64,000 nucleotides of DNA, taken from assembly GCA_949288095.1 (NCBI GenBank), contig CASEIX010000058.1, forward strand, positions 14,722 to 78,721, in the 5' to 3' direction. Made by a program: the position numbers and the translations under genes. This DNA is from an uncultured Eubacteriales bacterium. Lineage in GTDB: Bacteria > Bacillota > Clostridia > TANB77 > CAG-508. Under the pieces are notes generated by a model, which was given only the letters and a program-made list of their open reading frames with translations, did no database searches and was not told the origin of the DNA. Positions 10,055 to 19,947 of this stretch are shown here, piece by piece (the stretch's first letter is position 1; each line of letters opens with the position of its first letter).

Positions 10055-11245
10055 TTATTTTACTAATCTCATTGTTTCTTTTGCAATCATTAATTCTTCA
10101 TTTGTAGGTATAACATATACCTTTACTTTTGAATCAGGTGTTGAAATGACTTTTTCTTCTCCTCTCATGTTGTTTGCATCTAAATCTAATTTTACACCCA
10201 TAAATTCTAGCTTCTCACAAATACCTTTTCTGATATTGATTTGATTTTCACCAATACCACCTGTAAAGATGATATAATCAATACCTTTCATAGCAACAGC
10301 ATATTTTGCAATAAAGCTTGCAATAGAATAGTTAAATTGTTCAATCGCAATTTTTGCTCTTTCTGTTCCTTTGTTTGATTCATCTTCTATCACTCTAAAA
10401 TCTGGTGCCATACCTGATATACTTGCTAATCCAGACTTTTTATTTAAGATATCTTCCATGGTTTGTGCATCTAGATTTTCTTTTTTCATGATAAAAGTAA
10501 CTACTGATGGATCTAAATCCCCACTTCTTGTTACCATAGGTAATCCTGCAAGTGGTGTTAATCCCATACTTGTATCCATTGATTTACCATCTTTTACAGC
10601 ACATATACTAGCCCCTTGGCCTAAATGGCAAGTAACAATTTTTGTTCCTTCAAGAGATTTTTTTTCTATCTCACCAAGCCTTTGAGATACATACATATGA
10701 GAAGTTCCATGGAATCCATATTTTCTAACTCCATATTTCTCATAATACTCATAAGGAATTGGATAAATAAATTTATCCTTTGGAATTGATGAATGGAATG
10801 CTGTATCAAATACACCTACCATTGGTTTATTTGGCATAACTTCTCTACAAGCTTCAATTCCTAGCATACATGCTGGATTATGTAATGGTGCTAAATCTGT
10901 ACATTCTTCTATTGTTTTAATAACCTCATCTGTAATGACAACAGATTCCGTTATCTTTTCTCCACCATGAACAACTCTATGTCCTACGGCACTAATTTCA
11001 TCTAAAGAATCAATGACTTTATACTCTGGATTTGTAAATTGCTCTAATGTAAATTCAATTGCTTCTTTATGATTATATGCTGGTTTTTTAATTTCGATTT
11101 TTTGTCCATTTACTTTATGTGTAATAAATGCTTCTTCTTCTCCAATTCTTTCATATTTTCCAGAAGCCAACACTTCTTCTGTCTCCATATTAATTAATTG
11201 ATACTTTAGTGATGAACTACCACAATTTAAAACTAAAACTTTCAT
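10055..11245 (-). CDS. ackA: acetate kinase
   Basis: 396 aa. The N-terminus MKVLVLNCGSSSLKYQL and the length are typical of AckA. Confidence 0.9.
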   Translation of the reverse strand: MKVLVLNCGSSSLKYQLINMETEEVLASGKYERIGEEEAFITHKVNGQKIEIKKPAYNHKEAIEFTLEQFTNPEYKVIDSLDEISAVGHRVVHGGEKITESVVITDEVIKTIEECTDLAPLHNPACMLGIEACREVMPNKPMVGVFDTAFHSSIPKDKFIYPIPYEYYEKYGVRKYGFHGTSHMYVSQRLGEIEKKSLEGTKIVTCHLGQGASICAVKDGKSMDTSMGLTPLAGLPMVTRSGDLDPSVVTFIMKKENLDAQTMEDILNKKSGLASISGMAPDFRVIEDESNKGTERAKIAIEQFNYSIASFIAKYAVAMKGIDYIIFTGGIGENQINIRKGICEKLEFMGVKLDLDANNMRGEEKVISTPDSKVKVYVIPTNEELMIAKETMRLVK

Positions 11246-11321
11246 TTTTTCCTCCTCTAATTTATATTTTTCTTTTTACTATACAGAAATTTTTTTATTG
11301 GTGGAACGATTTGACACGTCC

Positions 11322-12509
11322 CTATCGTTCCATGGTTGCTCTTGCTATCATCAATTCCTCATTTGTTGGAATGACAAATGTTCTAACTTTTGCATCTTTT
11401 GCTGTAATTTCTGCTTCAATTCCTTTTACCTTTTGATTGTATTCTTTGTCTATTTTTACACCAAGCACTTCTAGATAATCACAAATGGCCTCTCTTGAAT
11501 CTTGACCTTTTTCTCCCACACCTGCTGTAAAGGTTAATATATCAAAACCATTCATAGCTACTGCACATTTAGCAACATAGCTAGCAGCTAAATAATGGAA
11601 ATTATCAAGTGCTAATATTGATCTTGCATCTTCTGCCTCTGCTTCTGCCTCAATATCTCTAAAATCAACAGATACACCAGATATTCCATAAGCTCCTGAT
11701 TGTTTATTTAATATTTTTTCCATTTCATCAGGTTTTAGATTTTCTTTTTTCATAATATAGGTAACCACTGATGGATCTAAATCTCCACTTCGGGTTCCCA
11801 TAGAAATTCCTCCAAGTGGCGTTAATCCCATACTAGTTTCTACTGATTTTCCATATTGAATAGCACACACACTTGCGCCTTGTCCTAAATGACAATTTAT
11901 AATCTTTAATTCTTTGATATCTTTTCCTACCAATTCTGCTGCTCTATTGGCAACAAATTGATGAGAAGTTCCATGGAATCCATATTTTCTAACGCCATAC
12001 TTTTCATAATATTCATATGGTATTGGATAAATATATCTTTTCTTTTCCAATGTTTGATGAAAAGCTGTGTCAAATACAGCTACCATTTTGATATTTGGTG
12101 CCAATTTTTTACAAGCTTTAATTCCTAAGATTGCTGCTGGATTATGTAATGGTGCTAAATCTATGCATTCTTCTATTCCTTTTATCACTTCATCTGTTAT
12201 CACTACTGGATTGGCAAATTTTTCTCCACCATGAACAACTCTATGTCCAATACCACCTAATTCTTCTAAATTTTTTATAACACCATAATGTGGATTCGTA
12301 AGTCTACTTAGTACAAATGAAATTGCTTTATCATGGTTTTTCGCATAATGCTCAAATTTATGTACCTCTCCCTTTACTTTATGTGTTAAAAATGAATCCG
12401 ACTGACCAATTCTTTCGAAATATCCTTTTGCTAAAACAGTTTCTGTTTCCATATCAATGACTTGATATTTTAATGACGAACTTCCTGAATTTAACACTAA
12501 TATTTTCAT
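11322..12509 (-). CDS. ackA: acetate/propionate kinase paralog
   Basis: 395 aa with N-terminus MKILVLNSGSSSLKYQV. It is a tandem paralog of the preceding gene and is AckA-sized rather than Buk-sized. Confidence 0.85.
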   Translation of the reverse strand: MKILVLNSGSSSLKYQVIDMETETVLAKGYFERIGQSDSFLTHKVKGEVHKFEHYAKNHDKAISFVLSRLTNPHYGVIKNLEELGGIGHRVVHGGEKFANPVVITDEVIKGIEECIDLAPLHNPAAILGIKACKKLAPNIKMVAVFDTAFHQTLEKKRYIYPIPYEYYEKYGVRKYGFHGTSHQFVANRAAELVGKDIKELKIINCHLGQGASVCAIQYGKSVETSMGLTPLGGISMGTRSGDLDPSVVTYIMKKENLKPDEMEKILNKQSGAYGISGVSVDFRDIEAEAEAEDARSILALDNFHYLAASYVAKCAVAMNGFDILTFTAGVGEKGQDSREAICDYLEVLGVKIDKEYNQKVKGIEAEITAKDAKVRTFVIPTNEELMIARATMER

Positions 12510-12610
12510 AAAAACTCCTTTTCTATGATTTGATGATTATCATTTAAACGATTAACATTGTTAGTTTGGTAAAATATTATCTTTAAATTATTTTTCTATT
12601 ATATGTTCTA

Positions 12611-13609
12611 TTATATCTGTTGTGCTTGTACTGCTGTTATAGCAACAACTCCTGCAATATCATCACTATTACATCCTCTTGATAAATCATTTACTGGTTT
12701 TGCAATTCCTTGACATAATGGTCCATATGCTTCTGCTTTTGCCAATCTTTGTACTAATTTGTATCCAATATTTCCTGCATTTAAATCAGGGAATATTAAT
12801 ACATTTGCTTCTCCCTTTAATGGACTATTTGGTGCTTTTGATTTTGCAATTTCTGGAATAATGGCTGCATCTAATTGCAATTCTCCATCTACTAATAAGT
12901 CTGTTTGTTTTTCTTTTACTAATTTTGTTGCTTCAATAACTTTTTCAGTTAATTCTGAATGTGCACTTCCATAGGTTGAATAAGATAGCATGGCTACTTT
13001 AGCTTCTTTTCCTACTAGTTGTTTAAAGCTTTTACTAGATGAAATGGCAATTTCTGATAATTGCTCTGGATTAGGATTTTCATTTAGTCCACTATCTCCA
13101 AATATAAATACACCATTTTCACCATATTCACAATCAGGTACAACCATAACAAAAAAAGCAGAAACTAATTTGGTATCTGGTGCTGTTTTTAAAATTTGTA
13201 AAGCTGGTCTTAATGTATCTGATGTAGAATGTGCTGCTCCTGAAACTAATCCATCTGCTTTATTATCTTTCACCATCAACATTCCATAATATACTGGGTC
13301 TAAAACCAATTCTTTTGCTTTTTCTATTGTCATTCCTTTGTGTTTTCTTAATTCATACAAAAGATTTGTGTATTTTTCATAATCTTCTGACTTTTGTGGA
13401 TCTACAATTTTGGCACCTTCAATATTTACCGCATTTGTTTTTGCCTTTTCTAAAATATTTTCTTCATTTCCTATTAAAATGATATTTGCATATTTTTCTT
13501 TCATTACCTTCTCAGTTGCTTGTAATACTCTAATATCTTCTGCTTCTGGAAGGATAATTGTTTTGATTTCTTGTTTTGCTCTTTGTTTTATTTCTTCAAT
13601 AAACGCCAT
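12611..13609 (-). CDS. pta: phosphate acetyltransferase (short form)
   Basis: The GAAHSTSDTLRPALQ motif is present. The likely true start is the M of MAFIEEIK, 9 codons inside the track ORF, which gives about 332 aa. The gene sits upstream of the two kinase genes. Confidence 0.85.
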   Translation of the reverse strand: MAFIEEIKQRAKQEIKTIILPEAEDIRVLQATEKVMKEKYANIILIGNEENILEKAKTNAVNIEGAKIVDPQKSEDYEKYTNLLYELRKHKGMTIEKAKELVLDPVYYGMLMVKDNKADGLVSGAAHSTSDTLRPALQILKTAPDTKLVSAFFVMVVPDCEYGENGVFIFGDSGLNENPNPEQLSEIAISSSKSFKQLVGKEAKVAMLSYSTYGSAHSELTEKVIEATKLVKEKQTDLLVDGELQLDAAIIPEIAKSKAPNSPLKGEANVLIFPDLNAGNIGYKLVQRLAKAEAYGPLCQGIAKPVNDLSRGCNSDDIAGVVAITAVQAQQI

Positions 13610-13744
13610 TTTTATTGCCTCCTTTACCTCAACCATTATATACTATAAACAAAGAAAAGCACAAGTCTTTTTTTTAATTTTAATAATCATATGAAAAAGA
13701 AGCCGTTCATTACGACTTCATAAAATGATTTTTAAATTCTAATA

Positions 13745-14776
13745 TTATCCAAAAATTTTAGGTAAAAATATAATCAATCCAATAATCACAGAAATAATTG
13801 CAGAAAATAATACTGCTCCTGCTGCAATATCTTTTGCATATTTGGCTTTTTCATTAATATCTGGCATAGCAATATCTACTGTGGTTTCAATTGCTGTATT
13901 AATTAATTCTAATGAAATGACAATTGCAAATAATAATAAACATATTATCCATTCCATTGCTGATATTTTAAACATGAATCCTGCAATAATAACCAATGCC
14001 ATAATCACAAAATGTATTTTTAAATTTTGTTCTGTCTTCCATGCTTCTACAATTCCTTCAAAAGCATATTTAAAACTATTTCTTAATTTTTTTCTCTTTT
14101 TTCTTAATTTTACCATTTTTCTTTTATCCATGATTTTTATTTTTTCCTTTTCTAATTGTAATACAGACCTAGCAATATTCGTAAATAACAATAAATATAC
14201 GATAGATATTGCAAATCCACCAATCACATCACTTGCATAATGTACGCCTAAATAAATTCTACTAAACCCAATCATTGGTATTAACAATCCTAATATCCCA
14301 CAACTGATGTATTTTATTTTTTTGTTTTTTACCATTTTCCATATTAAATAAATGATGAGCCCATAAAATGCCATACTGACCATAGAATGTCCTGATGGAA
14401 AACTATACCCACTTTCAGCAATTAATCGGTATCCCTCTGGTCTTGGTCTTTGTACAATATATTTTAATAATTGGTTTAGTAATGTTGTCATAACCAAATT
14501 ACTGGCAACGCATAAACCTACTTTTTTGTTTTTTATAAAAAGCAACGTTCCTAAGGTTATCGCTATTAATACATATGCAGAAGATAAATTGGTTATTACC
14601 TTCATCATGACAGTTAGTGGCTCAGACCTTAAATTCAAGATGACTAATCTGTATACAACCATATCTAATGTTAATTGTTCATTTTCAAAAATATCTTCTA
14701 ACATCATGATAACAATAATTAGACAAAGGAAAGCAATAATCCATTTATAGTTCTTTTCTATTATTCGTTTTAACAT
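13745..14776 (-). CDS. fusion protein: PAP2 phosphatase (undecaprenyl-diphosphatase-like) N-terminal domain plus DgkA-type diacylglycerol/undecaprenol kinase C-terminal domain
   Basis: PAP2 motifs are KYIVQRPRP, FPSGHS and SRIYLGVHYASDV. The C-terminal part (FKYAFEGIVEAWKTEQNLKIHF...TAIETTVD) matches prokaryotic DgkA. The protein is multi-TM. Confidence 0.75.
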   Translation of the reverse strand: MLKRIIEKNYKWIIAFLCLIIVIMMLEDIFENEQLTLDMVVYRLVILNLRSEPLTVMMKVITNLSSAYVLIAITLGTLLFIKNKKVGLCVASNLVMTTLLNQLLKYIVQRPRPEGYRLIAESGYSFPSGHSMVSMAFYGLIIYLIWKMVKNKKIKYISCGILGLLIPMIGFSRIYLGVHYASDVIGGFAISIVYLLLFTNIARSVLQLEKEKIKIMDKRKMVKLRKKRKKLRNSFKYAFEGIVEAWKTEQNLKIHFVIMALVIIAGFMFKISAMEWIICLLLFAIVISLELINTAIETTVDIAMPDINEKAKYAKDIAAGAVLFSAIISVIIGLIIFLPKIFG

Positions 14777-14850
14777 TTGTGGTTCTCCATTCTTAATTCA
14801 TTTTTATTTCCTATTTTTCTTTTGAAGCAGCATATGTTTCATTCATTATA

Positions 14851-15960
14851 TTAAAATTTCACAACTTTTTCCCATGTCAAATTTTCTTTTCCAAAATGTC
14901 CATAATTGGTTGTTAATGAATAAATTGGTTCATCTAATTCTAAGTACTTAATAATACCATCTGGTGTTAAATCAAATTTTTCTTTAATTTTTGTAATTAA
15001 AGCTTTTTCTGATATAATACCTGTTCCAAATGTGTTTACATGAATAGATAATGGTTCTTTCATTCCTATCGCATAAGAAATTTGTATTTCACATTTTTTT
15101 GCATATCCATTTGCAACAATATTTTTGGCAATATGTCTTAACATATATGCCGCAGATCTATCTACTTTACTTGCATCTTTTCCAGAAAATGCGCCTCCAC
15201 CATGTCTTGCATATCCACCATATGTATCTACAATAATTTTTCTACCAGTAAGCCCTGTATCTCCTAAAGGTCCTCCAATAACAAATTTTCCAGTTGGATT
15301 AATATAAATTTTTGTATCTTTATCTATCATATTTTCTGGGATGACTGGTTTGATAACTTTTTCGATAACATCTTTCTTTAATTTCTCTTGGCTAATTTCT
15401 TCATTATGTTGTGTAGAAACCAATATAGTTTCAATTCTTTTGGGCCTATCATTTTCATATTCAACGGTTACTTGTGTTTTTCCATCTGGTCTTAAATAAT
15501 TAATTTCTTTATTTTTTCTCACTTCTGTTAATCGTTTAGATAACTTGTGAGCCATAGAAATGGCATATGGCATGTATTCTGGAGTTTCATCACAGGCATA
15601 TCCAAACATAATTCCTTGGTCTCCAGCTCCTCCAACATCTACACCTAATGCAATATCTGGACTTTGTTTTGTTATGTTAATATCGATTTTGCAAGTTCTA
15701 TAATCCATATCAATATGTTCATTGTCATATCCGATTTCTTTTATTTTTTCTCTTACTAATTTTTCAATATCTACTTCTCCTTTAGCAGTTACTTGTCCTG
15801 CAATGGTAATTCTATTGCCTGAAGCAAATGTTTCTACTGCTACTCTTGCAGATTTGTCTTGTTTTAAATATTCATCTAATATACAGTCTGAAATTGTATC
15901 ACATAATTTGTCTGGATGCCCTTCTGTCACACTTTCTGATGTAAAATAATATTTACCCAT
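14851..15960 (-). CDS. metK: S-adenosylmethionine synthetase
   Basis: [27 protein letters not shown] and DTYGG motifs are present. 369 aa. Confidence 0.92.
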   Translation of the reverse strand: MGKYYFTSESVTEGHPDKLCDTISDCILDEYLKQDKSARVAVETFASGNRITIAGQVTAKGEVDIEKLVREKIKEIGYDNEHIDMDYRTCKIDINITKQSPDIALGVDVGGAGDQGIMFGYACDETPEYMPYAISMAHKLSKRLTEVRKNKEINYLRPDGKTQVTVEYENDRPKRIETILVSTQHNEEISQEKLKKDVIEKVIKPVIPENMIDKDTKIYINPTGKFVIGGPLGDTGLTGRKIIVDTYGGYARHGGGAFSGKDASKVDRSAAYMLRHIAKNIVANGYAKKCEIQISYAIGMKEPLSIHVNTFGTGIISEKALITKIKEKFDLTPDGIIKYLELDEPIYSLTTNYGHFGKENLTWEKVVKF

Positions 15961-16003
15961 TTTATTTCCTCTTTTCTTTTCATTTTTCTCTTTTATATTG
16001 CAT

Positions 16004-16034
16004 AATTATTACATTTTTTTGTTATTTTGTCAAT
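16004..16034 (-). promoter_or_regulatory. candidate sigma-A promoter of metK (TTGACA-N17-AATAAT)
   Basis: On the minus strand the sequence reads ttgacaaaataacaaaaaaatgtaataat, about 45 nt upstream of the metK start. No S-box aptamer lies between it and the gene. Confidence 0.4.
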
Positions 16035-16057
16035 GGTAGGAAAGCATAAGATACTAT

Positions 16058-16190
16058 AAAACAAATAGCCCAGGTAATAAAATCACCTGGGTCATTTAAA
16101 TAGACAAGTATCAAATTGTTCTTGTCCATCTTCCTAGTCATCTTAATCTCAATTTAAAGATTGATCTGATTATGCCTTTTCAAGGCATTT
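16058..16190 (-). terminator. two tandem hairpins downstream of the 16231-16890 gene; the distal one is a clear rho-independent terminator
   Basis: The distal hairpin cccaggt/acctggg (16069-16091) is followed on the minus strand by ctatttgttttat. The proximal hairpin is atgcctt/aaggcat (16172-16188). Confidence 0.5.
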
Positions 16191-16230
16191 CTTCTCTTCC
16201 TATCTTTTTAACCTATTAGGCATATTCCGT

Positions 16231-16890
16231 TTAAAATATAGTTACCAAAATTAGTGTAATAAATCCTATTATGCAAGCAAAAAGTAAAGTCAACAACAAT
16301 GCTAAAATCGTAAATGTTAGTTTCTTCCAACGTTTTTCTTTTACCGTTAAAATCATAATAGAAATAACGTCAAAAACAAAAAAGAATTGTAGAATACCAG
16401 TTATAGTAGATAATGCTTTTCCATGGATCCCTTCTTTATAAGATTTCATTATATAAGCAATAGCAAATGGCGCTGAACCAATTAAAATCACCCAACCAAT
16501 CACACTCAAGACAAAAATCATGTATGGACCAACAAATATCATAAATGGTACTGGTGTAAAAGAAAAAAGTAAAAACATTAAAATTAAAATAGCCCCTAAA
16601 ATGTAAAATGGAATTAAACCATATTTTACTAGTATAGCACAATTTAACAAGGATTTTCGATCTACTTTTTTACCTGTTGTAAACATCATTATGTAATTAG
16701 CCACACACAAAATAATTGGTAAAAATAGAACAAACCATGCAAATGCATTCTTTGTTGAAACTAAATTATCTGGTAAGTCTAATTGGTTAATATATCCACT
16801 CATAAAGAAAAATGTATAAGCAACAATAACATATACAATTGATAATGCATATACCCAACTAACCTTTTTAGATTTTTCTTTTTCCTCCAT
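16231..16890 (-). CDS. hypothetical polytopic membrane protein
   Basis: 219 aa with about six hydrophobic helices. No recognisable motif. Confidence 0.45.
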   Translation of the reverse strand: MEEKEKSKKVSWVYALSIVYVIVAYTFFFMSGYINQLDLPDNLVSTKNAFAWFVLFLPIILCVANYIMMFTTGKKVDRKSLLNCAILVKYGLIPFYILGAILILMFLLFSFTPVPFMIFVGPYMIFVLSVIGWVILIGSAPFAIAYIMKSYKEGIHGKALSTITGILQFFFVFDVISIMILTVKEKRWKKLTFTILALLLTLLFACIIGFITLILVTIF

Positions 16891-17092
16891 ATATTTTTCC
16901 CCTCAAAAATTAATAAAATCCATTCTTTTAATAGTATATATGATAAACTTTTAATTTGCAAGTAAATTTCCTATTAATTTTGTCAATTTCTTTGTTATAA
17001 TAGGAATAAATGTCACGAAAAAAGTAACTAATCAAGCAAATTTCGTTTAATTAATTACTTTTAGTGATAAATTCAGAAATATCATAAATTAT

Positions 17093-17833
17093 TTATTTCT
17101 TCGTCAAAATCCATTTCACAATTGCCTTTTTTATAACAGCATATTCCTCTTTTTCAAATTGCATATTCGCAATACAATATTTTTTGTTAGCTATATGTGA
17201 ACAGAAAATACATTCATATAGATTATTACAATCTTGTATGAAATAAGAATTAGCAATTTTGCTCGAACAAATGACATTATAACTATTTGTACAATCAGCC
17301 GAATCAGCAATTCTTAAGCCAAAACTAGAAGTAGAACTTCTTTGACAAGCAATGATATTTTCACAATTATTACATCCATCTGAAAATATGGTGTTTTTAC
17401 ATTTTCTGCAATCCGTAGATCGAAATACATTTTCTGAAGTATACATGGGATCACTTTGTGATACATTGATACAATCATATATCCTTTGTGTTGTTGTATA
17501 ATTGGTTATTTTCCAAATTTCTAAAATTTCTTTTAGATTTTTTACATTTCGTTTGGGGATCATCCACCCCTTCTTTTCATCATATTTTCTCATGTTTTCT
17601 TGTGTAATATATTTTGCAGAACTTACCGCAGATGCCCAAGTTTCTTCTCCTGTTACACTATCGATGACTCTTTGCGGTAATCTAACATCAAAAGCAAATT
17701 CAGATAATACCTCTTCTAATGTATATGGACTAGTTTGTCCAAATATCGCCATAAACGTTTTATTAACAACTTCCATTGTTTCTTTCGTATCCAAACAATT
17801 CCCTCCTTTTTTTCTTTGAAAAGAAAAATTCAT
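17093..17833 (-). CDS. cysteine-rich repeat protein of unknown function
   Basis: The C-terminal 100 aa carry tandem motifs: DCRKCKNTIFSDGCNNCENIIAC, DCTNSYNVICSS and DCNNLYECIFCSHIANKKYCIAN. A strong SD (aaaggaggg) sits 6 nt before an internal TTG at about 17794, so the real start is probably downstream of the track start. Confidence 0.5.
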   Translation of the reverse strand: MNFSFQRKKGGNCLDTKETMEVVNKTFMAIFGQTSPYTLEEVLSEFAFDVRLPQRVIDSVTGEETWASAVSSAKYITQENMRKYDEKKGWMIPKRNVKNLKEILEIWKITNYTTTQRIYDCINVSQSDPMYTSENVFRSTDCRKCKNTIFSDGCNNCENIIACQRSSTSSFGLRIADSADCTNSYNVICSSKIANSYFIQDCNNLYECIFCSHIANKKYCIANMQFEKEEYAVIKKAIVKWILTKK

Positions 17834-17938
17834 TTTCTATTCAACAACATTACAAAGAAAAATTGCATAACAATTTTTCACTTGCAAAAATTTTTACACT
17901 TTTTTAGAAGTAAAATCATATAAAAACTAAAACTATAA

Positions 17939-19867
17939 CTATATAAAATTCGTAGAAAGACGTTCTCTTGAAACTAGATTTCTTGATGCTGATTGAGATG
18001 CCATAATATCTTTTAGACTAACGTTATCATCAATTGAAAAGATATTCTCTTTTTCCTTCTTCTTTTCTACTATGTTTTCCTCTTTTTCCCCTTCAAAGTC
18101 AAATTCTGTTGTTAATATCTGATTTAATACTCTTTGGGGCATTGGTGTAAAATCCAATGTTCTTGCTTGAAAAGCAGGATATACCTTTCCTTGACTTCCA
18201 ATTCGAACAATACATTCTCTATTTCTTAATTCTGTTAGGATTTTCATTCTTGTAATAAATGTATTTTTTACAGCAACATCCATTCTCACATTTCCATCTA
18301 AAATTCTTGCATCTTCTCTTGATACTCTAAATATATAATAATTAATCATATTGGAAAAGATTGCTTTTTGAAGAGGCTCACTAATTTGATTAAAATATTG
18401 TTGTGCTAATATTAATGATAAGTTGTATTTTCTACTTTCTGCTAAAAATCGACTCAATATTGGGTTTTCCAATAAGGCAACCTCATCAATAACAAAGATA
18501 ATATGTTCATCATATGTATAATTTTGGATTAATTGTAAGATTTGTTGCATAGTAAATCCTGCAATTGTTTTTGTTGCTTTCATTCCTAATTTGCTTTGAT
18601 TTAAAGATACAATGGTTAAGAAATTTTCTTCTAAAATATCTTTTAAATCTCTTTCTGTTCCTTTACTTTTTAATCCTGGTAATAATTCCATTTCATCAAT
18701 AAAAGATAATATAGGTGAAAAGGCTTCTTGATAAGATTCTGTTTTTAATTTATTGAAATCTACTGAAAAGAAATCAACTGTGCTTTCTAATAAGCCATCT
18801 GCTTTTAATAATTCATTTTTATATTCAACTTCTGTTAATAATTTCTTTAAATTTACAAAATCCATTTTATTTAATTTAGTTAATAAATAAATACTATGTC
18901 TTAATACTCTTTCCAATTTGGAATTATATTGATCTGCCATTAATGTTTGAAATAGTGATAAAATTAGTTCTGTTGTAACAATTAAATCATTTGATGCTCT
19001 CATAAACAAATTAAAACTATTTTTTACTTTTTCAAAATCCAATACTTTTGTATTTTCAATTCCTCCAATATCGTTTTTAATTTCCGCATGAGGATCTATT
19101 ACCACAACCTTATATTTTCTCCTATACTCTTCATTTCTTGATAAATTGGCAACCATGGTACTAATCAATTTTGATTTTCCCGTTCCACTTGCCCCTACAA
19201 TGATAGAATGTTTATCAAAATCATATTGATTCAAGTGTAAATAATAATCTTCTATTAGATATGGGAATGTATTTACTCTTAAAAAAGCCTCTTCTTTGTT
19301 ATCTTTTAAGATATGCATGGTTTTTTGTATGTCTAAAAATTTTGTAGCATCTTTTCTATAAAAGAAACGATTATATTTAGAAAAATCAATTGTTAATAAT
19401 TGATATGGTACACTAAATACAGCTCTTCGTTTTATCAGATATTCATATGCACTTTCAAAAAATAGATATGTTCTAAATCGATAATAACTTTTGGTTATTG
19501 GCAATATATCTATTTCTAGAAATTTTAATTTTTTACCTTTTTTTACTTCTGCTTTATCATAGATATCTAATCCACTTTTTTCTTTGTTAGTTACTAGATA
19601 CCATCTGTTTGTAATCGATTTTTCTTGAAAAAGATTTTCTTCTTCTTCCTCTACCTTTTTTAATATAAATTCACTAAAATCTTGTATGATAGATGGCAAT
19701 TTTCTAGAGGATTGTATGAAATATCGGATGGTATTATTTTCTATATATACATACATCTTCCATTTTCTAAAAATCCCATTTAATTTTGATACAGCATATA
19801 AAAATTTAGACCAGATATTTTCTTCTACACTTTCTTGTGTTAAAAATACCTCTGTTAAATATTTCAT
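17939..19867 (-). CDS. HerA/FtsK/VirB4-superfamily P-loop NTPase (AAA_10/DUF87-like), soluble
   Basis: Walker A is IVGASGTGKSKL, followed by VVIDPHAE. Walker B is HIIFVIDEVALL. The RKYNLSLILAQQ motif is characteristic of HerA/TraC-type ATPases. There are no TM segments. A ~220-aa N-terminal domain is of unknown type. Confidence 0.7.
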   Translation of the reverse strand: MKYLTEVFLTQESVEENIWSKFLYAVSKLNGIFRKWKMYVYIENNTIRYFIQSSRKLPSIIQDFSEFILKKVEEEEENLFQEKSITNRWYLVTNKEKSGLDIYDKAEVKKGKKLKFLEIDILPITKSYYRFRTYLFFESAYEYLIKRRAVFSVPYQLLTIDFSKYNRFFYRKDATKFLDIQKTMHILKDNKEEAFLRVNTFPYLIEDYYLHLNQYDFDKHSIIVGASGTGKSKLISTMVANLSRNEEYRRKYKVVVIDPHAEIKNDIGGIENTKVLDFEKVKNSFNLFMRASNDLIVTTELILSLFQTLMADQYNSKLERVLRHSIYLLTKLNKMDFVNLKKLLTEVEYKNELLKADGLLESTVDFFSVDFNKLKTESYQEAFSPILSFIDEMELLPGLKSKGTERDLKDILEENFLTIVSLNQSKLGMKATKTIAGFTMQQILQLIQNYTYDEHIIFVIDEVALLENPILSRFLAESRKYNLSLILAQQYFNQISEPLQKAIFSNMINYYIFRVSREDARILDGNVRMDVAVKNTFITRMKILTELRNRECIVRIGSQGKVYPAFQARTLDFTPMPQRVLNQILTTEFDFEGEKEENIVEKKKEKENIFSIDDNVSLKDIMASQSASRNLVSRERLSTNFI

Positions 19868-19904
19868 TTTATCATCACCAATTATATTGTATCAGTTCTA
19901 TAAA

Positions 19905-19947
19905 CAGAAAAACTGACTTTTTCTATACGAAATAAGTCAGTTTTTTT
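19905..19947. terminator. bidirectional rho-independent terminator (A-run, 12-bp stem, T-run)
   Basis: The sequence is aaaaactgactt-tttctatacgaaat-aagtcagttttttt. It lies downstream of the AraC-family gene on the minus strand and forms the 5' module of repeat element copy A. Confidence 0.55.

Noticed and set aside
15961-16230. SAM-I riboswitch in front of metK
   Set aside because: The conserved S-box segments were not found. The hairpins present are terminators of the upstream gene, and a canonical promoter sits only about 45 nt from the start codon. This is reported as a finding instead.
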